Shown: positions 1 through 11,571, counted from the whole stretch's first letter. The stretch: DNA of 63,960 bases, filler included, from Lenisia limosa (GCA_001655205.1; 15 parts of 15 records of this genome joined end to end with filler, not necessarily neighbours in it); one strand, 5' to 3'. Numbers and translations are program-made. The notes: a model not told the origin generated them from the letters alone.

Positions 1-563
1 ACTGGCCCGGGCTTTGTTTTGTTGTTACCAACTCTCGTGTGTTGCCATGGGCTTTTTTTGTTTCATAATTTCTCCAACTCCCCTCCCTGCCAACAGATTT
101 TTTTCTGGGAGTGTTTATTTCTTCATAAATTCCCGATTTCCTCCTCCTCCTTGGTTTTATACATAGTATACAATATATATACATATATGATATCGATATG
201 GTTTTTCTTCCAATTTTACCCCTTCCCCCTGCCGAGTACCTTTACGCCAATATTCATCGAAATTTCCTTCGTTTTATATATTATTCATCGAAATTTCCTT
301 CGTTTTTAGTTATTGTACCAGATAGATTTTATCTAACCTTTGCAGGTACGTTGGAGTGATGGGATGCGGTGCTGCAGAAGCGACTNNNNNNNNNNNNNNN
401 NNNNNNNNNNNNNNNNNNNNNNNNNNNNNNNNNNNNNNNNNNNNNNNNNNNNNNNNNNNNNNNNNNNNNNNNNNNNNNNNNNNNNNNNNNNNNNNNNNNN
501 NNNNNNNNNNNNNNNNNNNNNNNNNNNNNNNNNNNNNNNNNNNNNNNNNNNNNNNNNNNNNNN

Positions 564-3500
564 GGAGACCTTGTCATTTCCGACTACAACAACCACGCTT
601 CTATTGCAACAGGCTGCATGTCTTCCGATGCCAATGTCAAAGTGGGGGTGGTAGTATTCGGTTGAAGGCGTCTGTCAAAGTGGGGGTGAGAGTATTCGGT
701 TGAAGGCGTTTGTCTGTTGATTAACACTTTAGTCATTCACTTCCTATTTTGATTTCTTAGACCTTCAAACATAACGATGCTCTGGACCTTGAGCGAGTGG
801 TATGAGGGAATAATTGGAATTCGGGTACTATGGTCCAAAAAAGTCTGAATTTCTCGAGAAATCCCCGAAACTATCGATATTTTATCTGTCTTTTTCGGAC
901 CGGAGGGAAACCTACTGAGAACGAAGCGTAACGCTTGCATATTTGCTAGGACTCCGACTCCGTCAATTAATTTCTTCCAAAAATTAATTGATACGAGTTC
1001 TGGTTATTATATTACGTATCTCCTATCAATAAAAAATAATTTCATTGGGTCCTGGTAGTTACGTTATTTAGGTTCGTAATGCGATTGTGAGTGGACAGCC
1101 ACGCACGCATCGCCCTTGGACCCGAATTCTGATCATCATTGAAGGCATCTACTCCATGGAGGGTACACGGGGCCTTTCTTTCTTTCTTTGTTTTTTTTTA
1201 TTGTCTTTGAAACTGGGATCATAAACATTCGTCGGTTAACTGTACGATTAGATTGTCTTTTTTTATTGATAGGAATAGCAGCAAGTGTATGCCTATTCAG
1301 GTGTTGGTAATAACAAAAGAACTGTTTGTACACAAGGAGAAATATGCTTTTTTTTTTTTTTTTGCCCTAAATGCTCACGCGAATAGTGACCGGGAAAGTC
1401 TTGACCGATTTTCTTTGGGAAATCACATCGCAAATCGGTCAAGACTTATCCCAGTCACTGTAATATATACTCACTCGAACAGTATGTATTAAATCTACAA
1501 TTTATATGGCGCTTTTACTCACGTAAACAGGAGAAATGTTGAATCTTCCCTAATAATGTGATATTCCCTTATAATACAATGCAAAACAGGAGCAACATGA
1601 TATTCTCTTCTAATACTAATGCAACCAGGAGAAATGTGATTCTCTTCAAATACTAACGCAAAACAGGAGAAATGTGCGACCTTCCCGCTATTTTGGAGGT
1701 CAAGGAGAAGTACGGCTGCTATCTCTTCATTGACGAGGCGCATAGTATCGGCGCTCTTGGTCCCTCCGGTCGCGGAGTCTGTGATTTCTTCCAGGTGGGT
1801 GGGGGGAGATGGTAGAGATACTCCAAGGTAGCTCATTAGCGCAAGAAGACACTACCCCCCCACCACACACACAATCACTCACTCACTGTTCAGAGCACCT
1901 GTCCTTCCAACACCAACACCCCCTCCTCCTTTTTATTTTTATTTTCTTCGTTCATCTTTTTTCTTTGTTCTTTTGAATTAAACAACATCCGACTCACTCC
2001 TCCAGATTGACCCTAAGCGAGTTGACATTCTCATGGGCACTTTCACCAAGTCTTTCGGCTCTGTTGGAGGTTACATCGCGTCCTCTAAGGTCGGCTGGTG
2101 CTACGATGGCTCCGAAAACGACCTGTAAAATATCGATATTTATCCAAGATTTATCGAGAAATTCAGTTTATTTTGGGAACGTGGGAAGTCCCTAATTATG
2201 AAATGCTGGGGTTCCCGTTTTATTTGGCTGTCTCTTCTATTTAGGGCTCCACTTCGGTTCGAAAAAGACTGGTTAAATATCGATAGTTTTTGAGGATTTA
2301 TCGAAAAGTTCAGTCTTTTTTCGAACCGAAGTGAAGCCCTACCTCGATCCCACCAATGCACCTACATCAAGTATTTATTAAAATAAGTATGCTGAGGAGG
2401 CACGCAGAAAACTGTGTGCACAGAGTTGTAAGGCAAATGATTGGGTGAATTAATATTATACTATAATCCAGTATCTCTTATAAGACGGCTTCGGCGAGAT
2501 ACAACCTTCTTTTATTTCTCATTGCTATATATTTACGCAATCGCGAGTCATAGCACATACAGTGACCGGGATAATCGCATCACATGCATATCGATATGTA
2601 TTTAATTTTGTGGACAGCTTCGGCCAGATACAACCTTTTATTTCTCATCTCATATTATTGTCAATGATACGAATTTCTCCCTCACCATTCAGCTCGTAAT
2701 AGACAAAGTTCGCCTTGCCAGCCCCGGCCACCTTTGTTCCGAACCATTGGCCCCTGCCTGTGTTGTTCAGGTTGGTTTGGTCATTAGTTCTTCCTATGGT
2801 CCGAAGGAGACCGTCAAAATATCGATATTTATCGAGAATTTTTGTGAGATTCAGTCTTTTTTGGAAAGCAGTGGTCGCACACTGACCGAATTTCTCCATA
2901 AATCCTCGATAAATATCGACGTTTTTCGGACCGCAGGTAAACCCCTGTCTACCAACGTCTACTTTCCTACTACATTTCTAATTTCAAAGTATCTTCTTGC
3001 TAATAAAGCTGCAGAGTTGTAGCAAAGCAAATGATCCATCCTGATCCCTTAAAAGCGTGATGATGTAGACGGCTTCTGTCAGATACAACCTTTTTTTATT
3101 TCTCATCTCAAAAAGCAATGTCCACTTACCCCGATAGGCCCTGGAAGCTTTCCGAGTTATTACGGGTGCCGACGGTACAACTGATGGTGAGAGGGAGGGG
3201 TATTGACTGGATATTGGCGAGATGAGGGGACAGGGGAGGTATAAGGACGAGGGCGTCCTTATGGTCCCAAAAAACGACTGAATTTCTTGATAAATCCTCG
3301 ATAAATCCTCGATAAATATTTTACTGGTCTTTTCCGGGCCTTAGGGAAGCCCCAATAAGGAGAGGGTGAGTATGAGGCCTTAGGGCTGTGGCGTAGTATT
3401 TTTTTTTTTATTGTTTTTATTTTTTTAAAAAAGGGGGTACGCTGATGGGGGTGAGAGGGTTATGGGTAAGGGGTATTATTATCAGGGCTTCAGTTCGAAA

Positions 3501-4676
3501 AAAGACCTAATTTCTCGATAAATCCTCGAAAACTATCGATATTTTTCTGGCCTTTTTCTTACCGAAGTGAAGCCCTAGGTACTATGACCACTAGGAAGAT
3601 AATTGTTGAGAGGGGAGGGGGAGTAGACGATGGAAAGGGGAGGGTTAAGGGCTTAAGGAGGTGTACAGCAGTTTAGTGCGGTAAATTACCGAGGATTAAC
3701 TCGTCTTTTTTCGACCGAAGTGAAGTACTCTCACATTGCACAGGTGTTCGTCGTATTACAAAGCTGAGAGAAAACAGCAACTACTTCCGTCAGCGTTTAA
3801 TGGACATGGGCTTCCACGTATTCTGTGACAAGGTAGGCTCCTATACTCCTGTTGCCAAACCGTTCATGTGCATGTGATGTTCGCTCACGAGGGATTACCT
3901 TATTGATCGATTGGAACGCTGGAGTGATGAGGAAGTGATCTGTTTGGCTTTATGATCCTAGTTTCAATGAATTTGTTTTGCTAATCCTTCCCCCTATATG
4001 ATGTTCAGTTGTAGTTTTTACCTTGTTGTTGTGAATATTGCATTCCGAGCTAGTCCGAGCCGGTTTCACCAACCAGGACTCCCCGGTTGTTCTCGCTATG
4101 CTCTTCAACCCCTCCAAGGTGGCTGCCTTCTCAAGAATGTGCCTTGAAAGAGGAGTGGGAGTGGACATCTTCTTCCTGTTTAAGAACAAGAATGATCAAC
4201 TTATTAATTTTTTTGAAGCTCAGGCAAATCAAATACTACGCTCCTCGAGCCAATTTTTCAAAAATGTTGCCAGCCAACAGAGTTAATTGTGGTGTTTTTT
4301 TATTTCATAAATTTTCCTATTTCACTCCCCACAGGTTGCTATCGTTGTGGTCGGTTACCCTGCTACCCCGGTTATCCTTTCACGTGTCCGCTTCTGCCTT
4401 TCAAGGTTAGCTGCCATTACATTGAGGATTATGGTTAGGGCTTGCTCCCTAAGTTCCCAAACAAAGACTGAATTTCTCGATAAATCCTCATTAAATATCG
4501 ATATATTGGGAAGCTATAATAGCTACATTTCAATAATCAGAGTGGTAACTTTAGTCACTTCTTTGATTTTGAAAGCTGCTAACTCGCCTAGTTCGCACAC
4601 GCGCGAAGGTCTTGATGAAGCTTTGGCGGTCATTGAAGATGTTGGACGCAAATGCGCCTTGTTTTACTGCAAATAA
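564..4676 (+). CDS. SPTLC2: Serine palmitoyltransferase subunit 2 (LCB2/SPTLC2-like), 5'-partial, at least 11 exons
   Basis: Exons 564-641, 761-799, 1072-1162, 1667-1794, 2006-2089, 2693-2770, 3138-3186, 3744-3832, 4077-4154, 4335-4405, 4592-4676 splice in phase via GT-AG. They give [50 protein letters not shown] (PLP lysine)..[29 protein letters not shown]. Confidence 0.93.
1384..1462. mobile_element. M2 MITE, about 80 bp, TIR (TA)CAGTGACCGGGATAAGTCTTGACC (Tc1/mariner/pogo-like termini)
   Basis: Inverted termini ending CACTG-TA. Copies: 22624-22700, 59035-59110. A related subfamily occurs at 14295-14380, 18698-18780, 41793-41860, 49604-49681, 61935-62012. Confidence 0.85.
2392..2535 (+). 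repeat. E3 non-palindromic intronic repeat
   Basis: GCACAGAGTTGTAAGGCAAATGATTGGGTGAATTAAT..TATAAGCGTGATGG..GACGGCTTCGGCCAGATACAACC..ATTTCTCAT. Copies near 2610, 3010, 8620, 10640, 14400, 19275(-), 23930(-), 25340(-), 30985(-), 40370(-), 41335(-), 42530(-), 47000(-), 47575, 48245, 50690, 59465-59730, 63360. Confidence 0.9.
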
Positions 4677-4735
4677 TGCTTTCTTTTCCTCTCCCTCTCC
4701 CTCTTTTCTGTCTTACATATATGGTGTTTAATTCA

Positions 4736-5782
4736 ATGGCGAGAAGCTGTCCTGGCGTATGTTTGGCTGTTGGTTTGGGCAGAATTGGGGGGGGGGGGGG
4801 NNNNNNNNNNNNNNNNNNNNNNNNNNNNNNNNNNNNNNNNNNNNNNNNNNNNNNNNTATCATTCCGATCTTCCGAGGTGAATTTTTCACGCTTCCTCCAA
4901 AACCACCAAAACCCCAAACCAACTGCCAAATTCAGACCAAATAAAGAAGAACACCAAAATAATACCGTAAAGCAATTATTATAAGCAAAGAAAGGAATGC
5001 TGTGAAAGCCGCTTCACAGATGGCTACTACTCCGATTGGAATAACCTCTGGTGCAGGTGTTGATGCGCTTATTCAAAGTGCTGAGCTGAACTACCATGTT
5101 TCAAAGGAGATTTCTCAGCAGTGGCGAAAAGAAGATGTCAAAGCCGCGACAACTTCTCTTGTCATTGGCTGGTTGATGTGTCTGTTCTTTGAAGTCGCTT
5201 TTGGAGCCCGTGATGTAGGGACAATTTTTCCTATTCATTTTCCCAGAGTTCTATCGCAGTTCCAGCTGCAATATGCACAGCGACATTAGCTTACTATCTT
5301 ATGCTCTCTGCAACACCGGCTAAAATGCTTTCGGTCCCACTTCTGCTCTTTTCCTGGTCTCTTTGCGTTGGCCACTCCCAACCTGCTTCTCTCCTAACCC
5401 TCTAGTTCTTTCTCTTCATGTTGTGGACATGGCAGTCAACTTTTTGCTGGTGAGAAAGGCGTTTTAAAGATTCGCTTCTATTCCAACCACAACCACAATT
5501 AACGCCCCTTTACCATTCGCCAGGTTCACGAATCGCTACTACAATGCCTTCCTTCATCTTCTCAACTACTCCATGTGGACGGGATGTGGTGTTGAAAACT
5601 GGCAAATGCTTATTGTTCAAATGGTGAGATAGGACCTTCCCATTCTCTTGAAAACGAATCATATAACGCTATACTAGTCGGAGTATTTCATGCACCATCC
5701 TTATCCCTACGCTATTTTGGTCGTACTTCTCCCCACTATTTTGGTTGTACCTATTGTGCCACTTGTTCAAAAGGAAAATTGA
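4736..5782 (+). CDS. Hypothetical multi-pass membrane protein (spliced)
   Basis: In-phase exons give ..KAATTSL|SSIAVPAAICTATLAYYLMLSATPAKMLS|FFLFMLWTWQSTFC|WFTNRYYNAFLHLLNYSMWTGCGVENWQMLIVQM|SEYFMHHPYPYAILVVLLPTILVVPIVPLVQKEN*. The 5' exons are uncertain and the family was not recognised. Confidence 0.5.
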
Positions 5783-6066
5783 ACCATCTTTATCAAGCAC
5801 TCCATATTTTCGACATTAATGGAATGGATGGGGTTTCTGAGAAATACACCTTGTTTCCGGAACTATTTTGGGGTCATTCACTTCATCATTTAGCCGGTTA
5901 TGATCATAGTTCAGACTCCACCTTCACCATTTAGCCGGTTATGATCATTGTCCTCATTCCTCAACTCACCATCACCGACGGCCAGATGATCATGTCCGTC
6001 TTAGCTTCTGTAGGGGTATCTTGTATTTGAATTGTGAAGAATTCATTCTGGGTTTGGGCCCTTTAA

Positions 6067-6273
6067 AGCGGGTATGTCACTGAGATACCTGGCTCGTTTT
6101 TTGTCAACTTTGACGCAATTTTCACCAAATTAAAAAATTAAAAAATGCTGAAATACTCTCTAGAACTGTTTTAAAATAATTTTTTCGAAACTTTAAAAAA
6201 AAAAAAGAAATATCCGCAAAATTTCAACGATTTTGGTCCTGATGACGTGGCAGTTCTCAGTGACATACCTGCT
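6067..6273. mobile_element. Kolobok-like non-autonomous element (TTAA TSD, AG..CT termini)
   Basis: TTAA|AGCGGGTATGTCACTGAG..CTCAGTGACATACCTGCT|TTAA. Confidence 0.8.
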
Positions 6274-6499
6274 TTAAGTGACATTCCGCTTCGTTGGTGA
6301 ATACCACAATTTAATTCAGTATCAACAGAGTTGATATTGGGGTTTCTTGTTTCATATCAGATAATACACAATTTTCCAATTCATCCCCCTTCCCCTATTT
6401 TGTTGTTTTTAACCCTTGTGTTTTGTCAGCCAACAGAGTTTATTTTGGGCTTTTTTTTTTGTTTCATAAATTTTCCAATTTTACCCCCCCCCCCCCCAG

Positions 6500-8420
6500 G
6501 TTNNNNNNNNNNNNNNNNNNNNNNNNNNNNNNNNNNNNNNNNNNNNNNNNNNNNNNNNNNNNNNNNNNNNNNNNNNNAGTCAAGGGCAGAATGAAAGCGT
6601 TTTACAGACAATCAGCGGTGGGGGGAGGGGAGGGTAGTTGCTGAAGATTTGAATTCAGTAAGGCGTTTCAATCTCTATACATTTAGAATTATGTTCGCTG
6701 TTATATTTCATGTCACCAAAGCATATTCTTAATTGTTTGGTGCGATTGGCTTTTTATATTGGTATATTATATTAACAGTAAATAGAATTCTTAAAATTGT
6801 TACTCATTTTTAATAAAAAAAATAATCAATCGCACGACCCCACTACTATTTAGTGCTGTCAAAAAAATGTTCACCTATCAGCTTGCGGGCTACAACTCGA
6901 GAGTTTCCTATATTTTTTTTTTCACATATTTAAACAGTATTCACCCCTCTCAGCTTGCGGATTACTATACGAGGACAAACAGTTTGGTCGGTTCCATTCT
7001 TCCTCAGGATGCTNNNNNNNNNNNNNNNNNNNNNNNNNNNNNNNNNNNNNNNNNNNNNNNNNNNNNNATGAGCAAAGTGGGGAGGGCGATGATGGGTAAT
7101 AAGGGGGGGGTCGATGAGGTGGTTGCGGACGTTTTCGACGATATTATTGTTGAAGGGTTTGAGATCAAGAAATATTGTCATTAGATTAGAATCTTGGGAT
7201 CCCTGGTGATCCTTAACTGTCGAAAAGATTCTCACGCTTCAGGGCCAGGCTACCTTCTGTGATACCTTCGACGCGGCAACCGTGGCCTTCATTGACTCGG
7301 GTGAGACCGCCTTCTCGCCTATCCTCAAGGACGGCCCATCGGGAGAGGTTCGATGGCTCNNNNNNNNNNNNNNNNNNNNNNNNNNNNNNNNNNNNNNNNN
7401 NNNNNNNNNNNNNNNNNNNNNNNNNNNNNNNNNNNNNNNNNNNNNNNNNNNNNNNNNNNTGTCATCTTGATCATTGCCGTTGAAATGGTTTTTATTCTAT
7501 TAAGGGCTTCACTTCGGTTCGAAATACCGGTAAAATATCGACAGCTGTCGAGGATTTATCGAGACATTCAGTCTTTTTTTGAACCGAAGTGAAGCCCTAA
7601 TTCTATTGTACAAAAACAAATGTTCCGTGCAATTAATTTTTTGATGAAATTAATTTTTCAATTAATTGCACAGAGCCCTAAAAAACTAATATACTATAGG
7701 TGGGGTAATTTTAAAAACAATGACTCTTCTGAAAAATTCCGTGGATAGTTATTCATAAAGTACAACTCGATATCGATATCCTCTGTTGATAATCTTGTTG
7801 TTTCTTTAGGTCCCTAATATGTTTTATCCTGGGATCATAATATGTTCCTTGTTCCAATCATGCTCATGGATAGTTTTAACTTCGTAGCTTATGAGTGCGC
7901 TGTCTTTCAGTGACGATTCTTCCAAACCTTTAACGGTAGGACCAACATGTATATTACATATTATATATGTATGATATCCCAAATGTCGATCATCTTCCAA
8001 ATCTTTAAGACTACATGTATATACATGTTTATGTCGACTGGATACAACAAATTGGCCCCTGTTTTACAAAGCAGGGGTTCAATGTGGAGTTTTTCTTCAA
8101 ACTCAAGGAGTTGTTTGAGGCTTTGGACCAACTAATGCTGTCAATGCCGTGTATCATGAAGCTCGAAAACGTCGAGACAAAGTGAGAGGGGGGGGTGTCA
8201 CGGAAAAGTTACCTTTGAGTGGGACATTGAAAAACAAACCACAGGGCCTATCATGCAATATATCATATATATATCAGATATGCATATGATATATAGTATG
8301 TACTTTGCGTTTGTTGAAATAATACTGACACCATTGGCACACAGTATTTGACTTTTCAGCTACGTCATCATCTCAGGAGTTCCTCGTGCCACACCCAGCC
8401 ATGCCTTCTTCATGTTCCAC
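6500..8420 (+). CDS. Class III nucleotide-cyclase-like domain protein, partial, catalytically degenerate
   Basis: Exons near 7240-7350, 7885-7935, 8074-8180 and 8360-8420 give ..GFNVEFFFKLKELFEALDQLMLSMPCIMKLENVETNYVIISGVPRATPSHAFFMFH. This aligns by eye to the cyclase segment LNELFSRFD..KIKTIGDxYMVVSGVP..HA. Confidence 0.5.
7504..7597. mobile_element. M1 MITE, about 95 bp, TIR GGGCTTCACTTCGGTTC / GGGCTTCCCTACGGTCC
   Basis: Near-perfect 17-25 bp TIRs. This copy is flanked by TAA on both sides and others by TA. Copies: 2244-2339, 3486-3575, 3252-3351, 8438-8512, 8522-8612, 18797-18892, 23152-23247, 23770-23832, 47213-47298, plus degenerate copies at 825, 2100, 2790, 4437, 24530. Confidence 0.85.
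7624..7678. repeat. M3 short palindromic element (GTGCAATTAATT..AATTAATTGCAC)
   Basis: Palindrome ending AGAGCCCTA. Related sequence at 955-1000 and 40817-40850. Confidence 0.55.
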
Positions 8421-8858
8421 GTAGGTCTATTACCCAGGGCTTCCCTAATGGTCAGAAAACGACCGGTGAAAGATATTTTGACGGTCTTTTTTCGGAGCGT
8501 AGGGAAACCCTCAATAATTAACTTCACTTTGGTATGAAAAAAGACTGATTTTCTCTATAAAACTTCGAAAAATTTTGATATTTTCCGTATTTTTCGAACT
8601 GAAGTGAAGCCCTATTTATAGTGCATCCAAGAATTACTGTGAGAACTTTTTATGCAAGCAATAATAACTTTTTAGGCTATCCAGGCTATTCATAGTCTCT
8701 GTGTTCGCCTCCATTTCAACCAAGTTAAAATAGGTAAGCGTGATAGTTTTTGGGCAGCTTCGGCCAGATTTCACCTTGTTTTATTCCCACCTGGTACGAA
8801 CGGAAGACCTTTATNNNNNNNNNNNNNNNNNNNNNNNNNNNNNNNNNNNNNNNNNNNN

Positions 8859-8870
8859 TTAATTAATTAA
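8859..8870. other. Artificial contig linker TTAATTAATTAA (stops in all six frames) within N runs
   Basis: Identical 12-mer embedded in Ns at 8859, 10902, 13258, 15513, 21912, 25461, 39820, 44189, 46883, 50778, 52008, 57344, 58949, 62895. Confidence 0.95.
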
Positions 8871-8914
8871 NNNNNNNNNNNNNNNNNNNNNNNNNNNNNN
8901 NNNNNNNNNNNNNN

Positions 8915-9052
8915 ATGTGGTGCTGCAGAAGCGACTGACCTGGGCTTGGTTTGTTTTGTTGTTATCAACCCTTGTGTTGTCAGCCAACAGAGTTAATTTG
9001 GGTTTTTTTTTTTGTTTCATAAATTTTCCAATTTCACCCCCCTCCCCCGCAG
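8915..9052 (+). repeat. E1 intronic repeat (introner-like), ending at a 3' splice site
   Basis: GGTGCTGCAGAAGCGACTGGCCTGGGC..GTTGTCAGCCAACAGAG..GTTTCATAAATTTTCCAATTTTAC(C)nAG. Other copies: 1-100, 347-385, 4265-4334, 6410-6499, 14950-15026, 15178-15330(-), 15569-15668, 17408-17565(-), 20270-20385(-), 23075-23120, 24640-24699, 24775-24840(-), 39745-39775, 40140-40190(-), 51500-51625, 63820-63895. Confidence 0.9.
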
Positions 9053-10512
9053 AAAGCGAGAACTCACCGTGGGTGGGCGCGTACAAAGCCCGAGAACATC
9101 GGCTATACCATCACCAAGAAGATTGAGGCCTACATCTGCAAGAGGGAAAACGTTTTCTGTAAAACGAACACTGAGGTTGGCGGAAGATAAAAGATCTTAC
9201 GCACTATACAGTTTAATGTGTTTCTGTTGTCTTAACTCTTTTTGTTTGGAGACTAGATATTTTGATATGGTATACAAATGTCTCAAAACTAAATCCAGTA
9301 AACAGAAAACGTATCGAAGTGAAACCCAAGTGATTATCATCATATCAAAAAGGGGCATCATTATTCGTGTGAGGGTGGTTGGTGGGAGTAATATAGTTTT
9401 GAAGGTTGTTGAGAGTATGGTTGTGTGTAGTTGGTGGGAGTGTAGTTTCAAGTGGTTGGGATGGGCTTGCTGTTGATGACATTGAAATGAGATATTCAAA
9501 AGCATGACATTGTATATAAAAGTTTATAAACATATAAATAGTATCAAGTTTCTATTGGTATTCTTGGTCGAATTCTTTACCCCCCTCCCCCAGGCGTTGA
9601 AGCTTATGAAGGAAGGTGACGGTCGCGTAGTTNNNNNNNNNNNNNNNNNNNNNNNNNNNNNNNNNNNNNNNNNNNNNNNNNNNNNNNNNNNNNNNNNNNN
9701 NNNNNNNNNNNNNNNNNNNNNNNNNNNNNNNNNNNNCTGTTCTGTGAATATCAGGGCTTCACTTTAGGTCGGTATTAAATAAAATATTGGGAATTCCGTT
9801 TTTTTGGAACCAAAATCCTGCTCTTTCAGTGATGATTTTGTGCAAATCATCAATGTACNNNNNNNNNNNNNNNNNNNNNNNNNNNNNNNNNNNNNNNNNN
9901 NNNNNNNNNGTAGGGTTAATTCCTTTATAAGGAGGATTTTTGGAAACTCTCATCTGAGTTTGGAGGAATATTGTCTAACTCCCACCAGAAGCATGAAGAT
10001 GGTGAAGAAGTCCACGAGCTGTTTGACGAAGTGATTTTGACCACTGGAGGCTTCGCTGCCGACCAGCAAGGGTTCCTCTATGACTACGCTCCTGAGAAAG
10101 GTTGGTGTCTCCATTGGTTTATTCTTCTTGTTATTGCACACAGATATTCTAACTTCCTTCTCTGTGGTAAGGTGACACGTAGCGACGTTAACCACACTTT
10201 TGCAGCTCAATCGTGTTTTGTTTCTTCCTTCGTTTTGGTCTGACACAGCATGGGTTTGTTATTTCGCCTTTTTTTTCTCTCCAATCTCTCACACAGTTAT
10301 TTTTACTCTGCTAGCCCTTTGTCATATCTTATTTCTTATTCAAGACATATTGACGTGAGCAGCTAAAACCAAGTTGAATATTGTGTCCCACGTATGTCTT
10401 CTGAAATTAAACCGAAACAGCGAACCTCGCCACCACCAACGGCCAGTTTGCCAAGGGTGACGGCATCCGAATGGCCGTGGCTGTAGGGGCTGACACCGTT
10501 CATATGGACAAG
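9053..10512 (+). CDS. FAD-dependent fumarate reductase / flavocytochrome c flavin subunit (Osm1/Frd1-like), internal fragment
   Basis: Exons 9053-9175 (RTHRG..), 9594 onward, 9989-10100 (VILTTGGFAAD), 10421-10512 (LATTNGQFAKGDGIRMAVAVGADTVHMDK). Confidence 0.9.
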
Positions 10513-10988
10513 GTGGGAGGGTGTTGATCGAATGTGTGTCTTAATGGAATATTACTTTGGCTATGTCTGGTATTAATGTTTTATTACATGAAGTTATATG
10601 TATTTGTATCAGATAATACTTGTATATGATATCGATATGCTAATGATTGGGTGAATTAATATTATACTATAATCCAATATTTCTTATAAGCGTGATGGTG
10701 TGGACGGTTTCGGCCAGATACGTCTCTATTTTTTAATTTCTCAACGCTAATACTATGCAAGATAGCCGACACATCTTACAATAATGATGGTTATGCAAAT
10801 CTACTGCTCACCCCTATTTCACTTCTTTTTTGTCGTTTGATTATTTCCATATCATACNNNNNNNNNNNNNNNNNNNNNNNNNNNNNNNNNNNNNNNNNNN
10901 NTTAATTAATTAANNNNNNNNNNNNNNNNNNNNNNNNNNNNNNNNNNNNNNNNNNNNAAACAACGAAACAGACGCTTTGTTCAACCAG

Positions 10989-11084
10989 GTCCAGTCCCAT
11001 GTCCACGCCCTCTGTGCTGATATTCTGAATGATGATGGTTGGTGGTTTTACGATGGAGGGAGAGGTGAAGAGAAGAACAGCTGA
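10989..11084 (+). CDS. Terminal exon of an unknown gene
   Basis: Acceptor ccag followed by VQSHVHALCADILNDDGWWFYDGGRGEEKNS*. It lies on a different contig from the fumarate reductase. Confidence 0.3.
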   Translation, partial: VQSHVHALCADILNDDGWWFYDGGRGEEKNS

Positions 11085-11426
11085 TGAAGTTTCCGTTCCG
11101 AGTGATGTTTCTTATCATCCAGTAATATAGAAATGAGAAATAAATGTATTATTACCATTTCCCCGTCTTTATCCCCTAGGTTCTGGCCTATTCAAGCCCT
11201 CTGAACACTCCTCCCTACCCCAGCTTTCGTTAGAGTCTCGACTCTTTTTTGATTAGTTTCTATTATTTTGGTTTCTTTCTTTCTCAGTAATTTATGGCAA
11301 GTATGAATTTTTGGAGAGTGGAGGGATTTACTGTGTGTATTTTCTGATACAATATACGTGTAAAAATACATATATATATCATATACTATATGATATGTAA
11401 TTATTCATCTTAGCTATATTTGTTAA

Positions 11427-11571
11427 AGCAGGCCGCTAAACCAGATTCATTACGTCATCTTAACCGAGCCCCAAATCCATGAATTTTGGTCAAAAGTATT
11501 CAAAAGCGCTATCCCAAATCCATGGGAAAATCCTAACACTCCGAGGTTTTATTCTGGTTTAGCGACCTGCT
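11427..11571. mobile_element. Kolobok-like non-autonomous element
   Basis: TTAA|AGCAGGCCGCTAAACCAGA..TCTGGTTTAGCGACCTGCT|TTAA. Confidence 0.8.

Noticed and set aside
4960-4990. 19-nt micro-intron GTAAAG..TATAAG
   Set aside because: It would restore a frame, but there is no homology to validate it and other introns in the window are about 35 nt or longer.
10989-11084. Continuation of fumarate reductase (VQ..)
   Set aside because: It lacks the expected VQxHPTG motif, ends in a stop, and lies across a linker.
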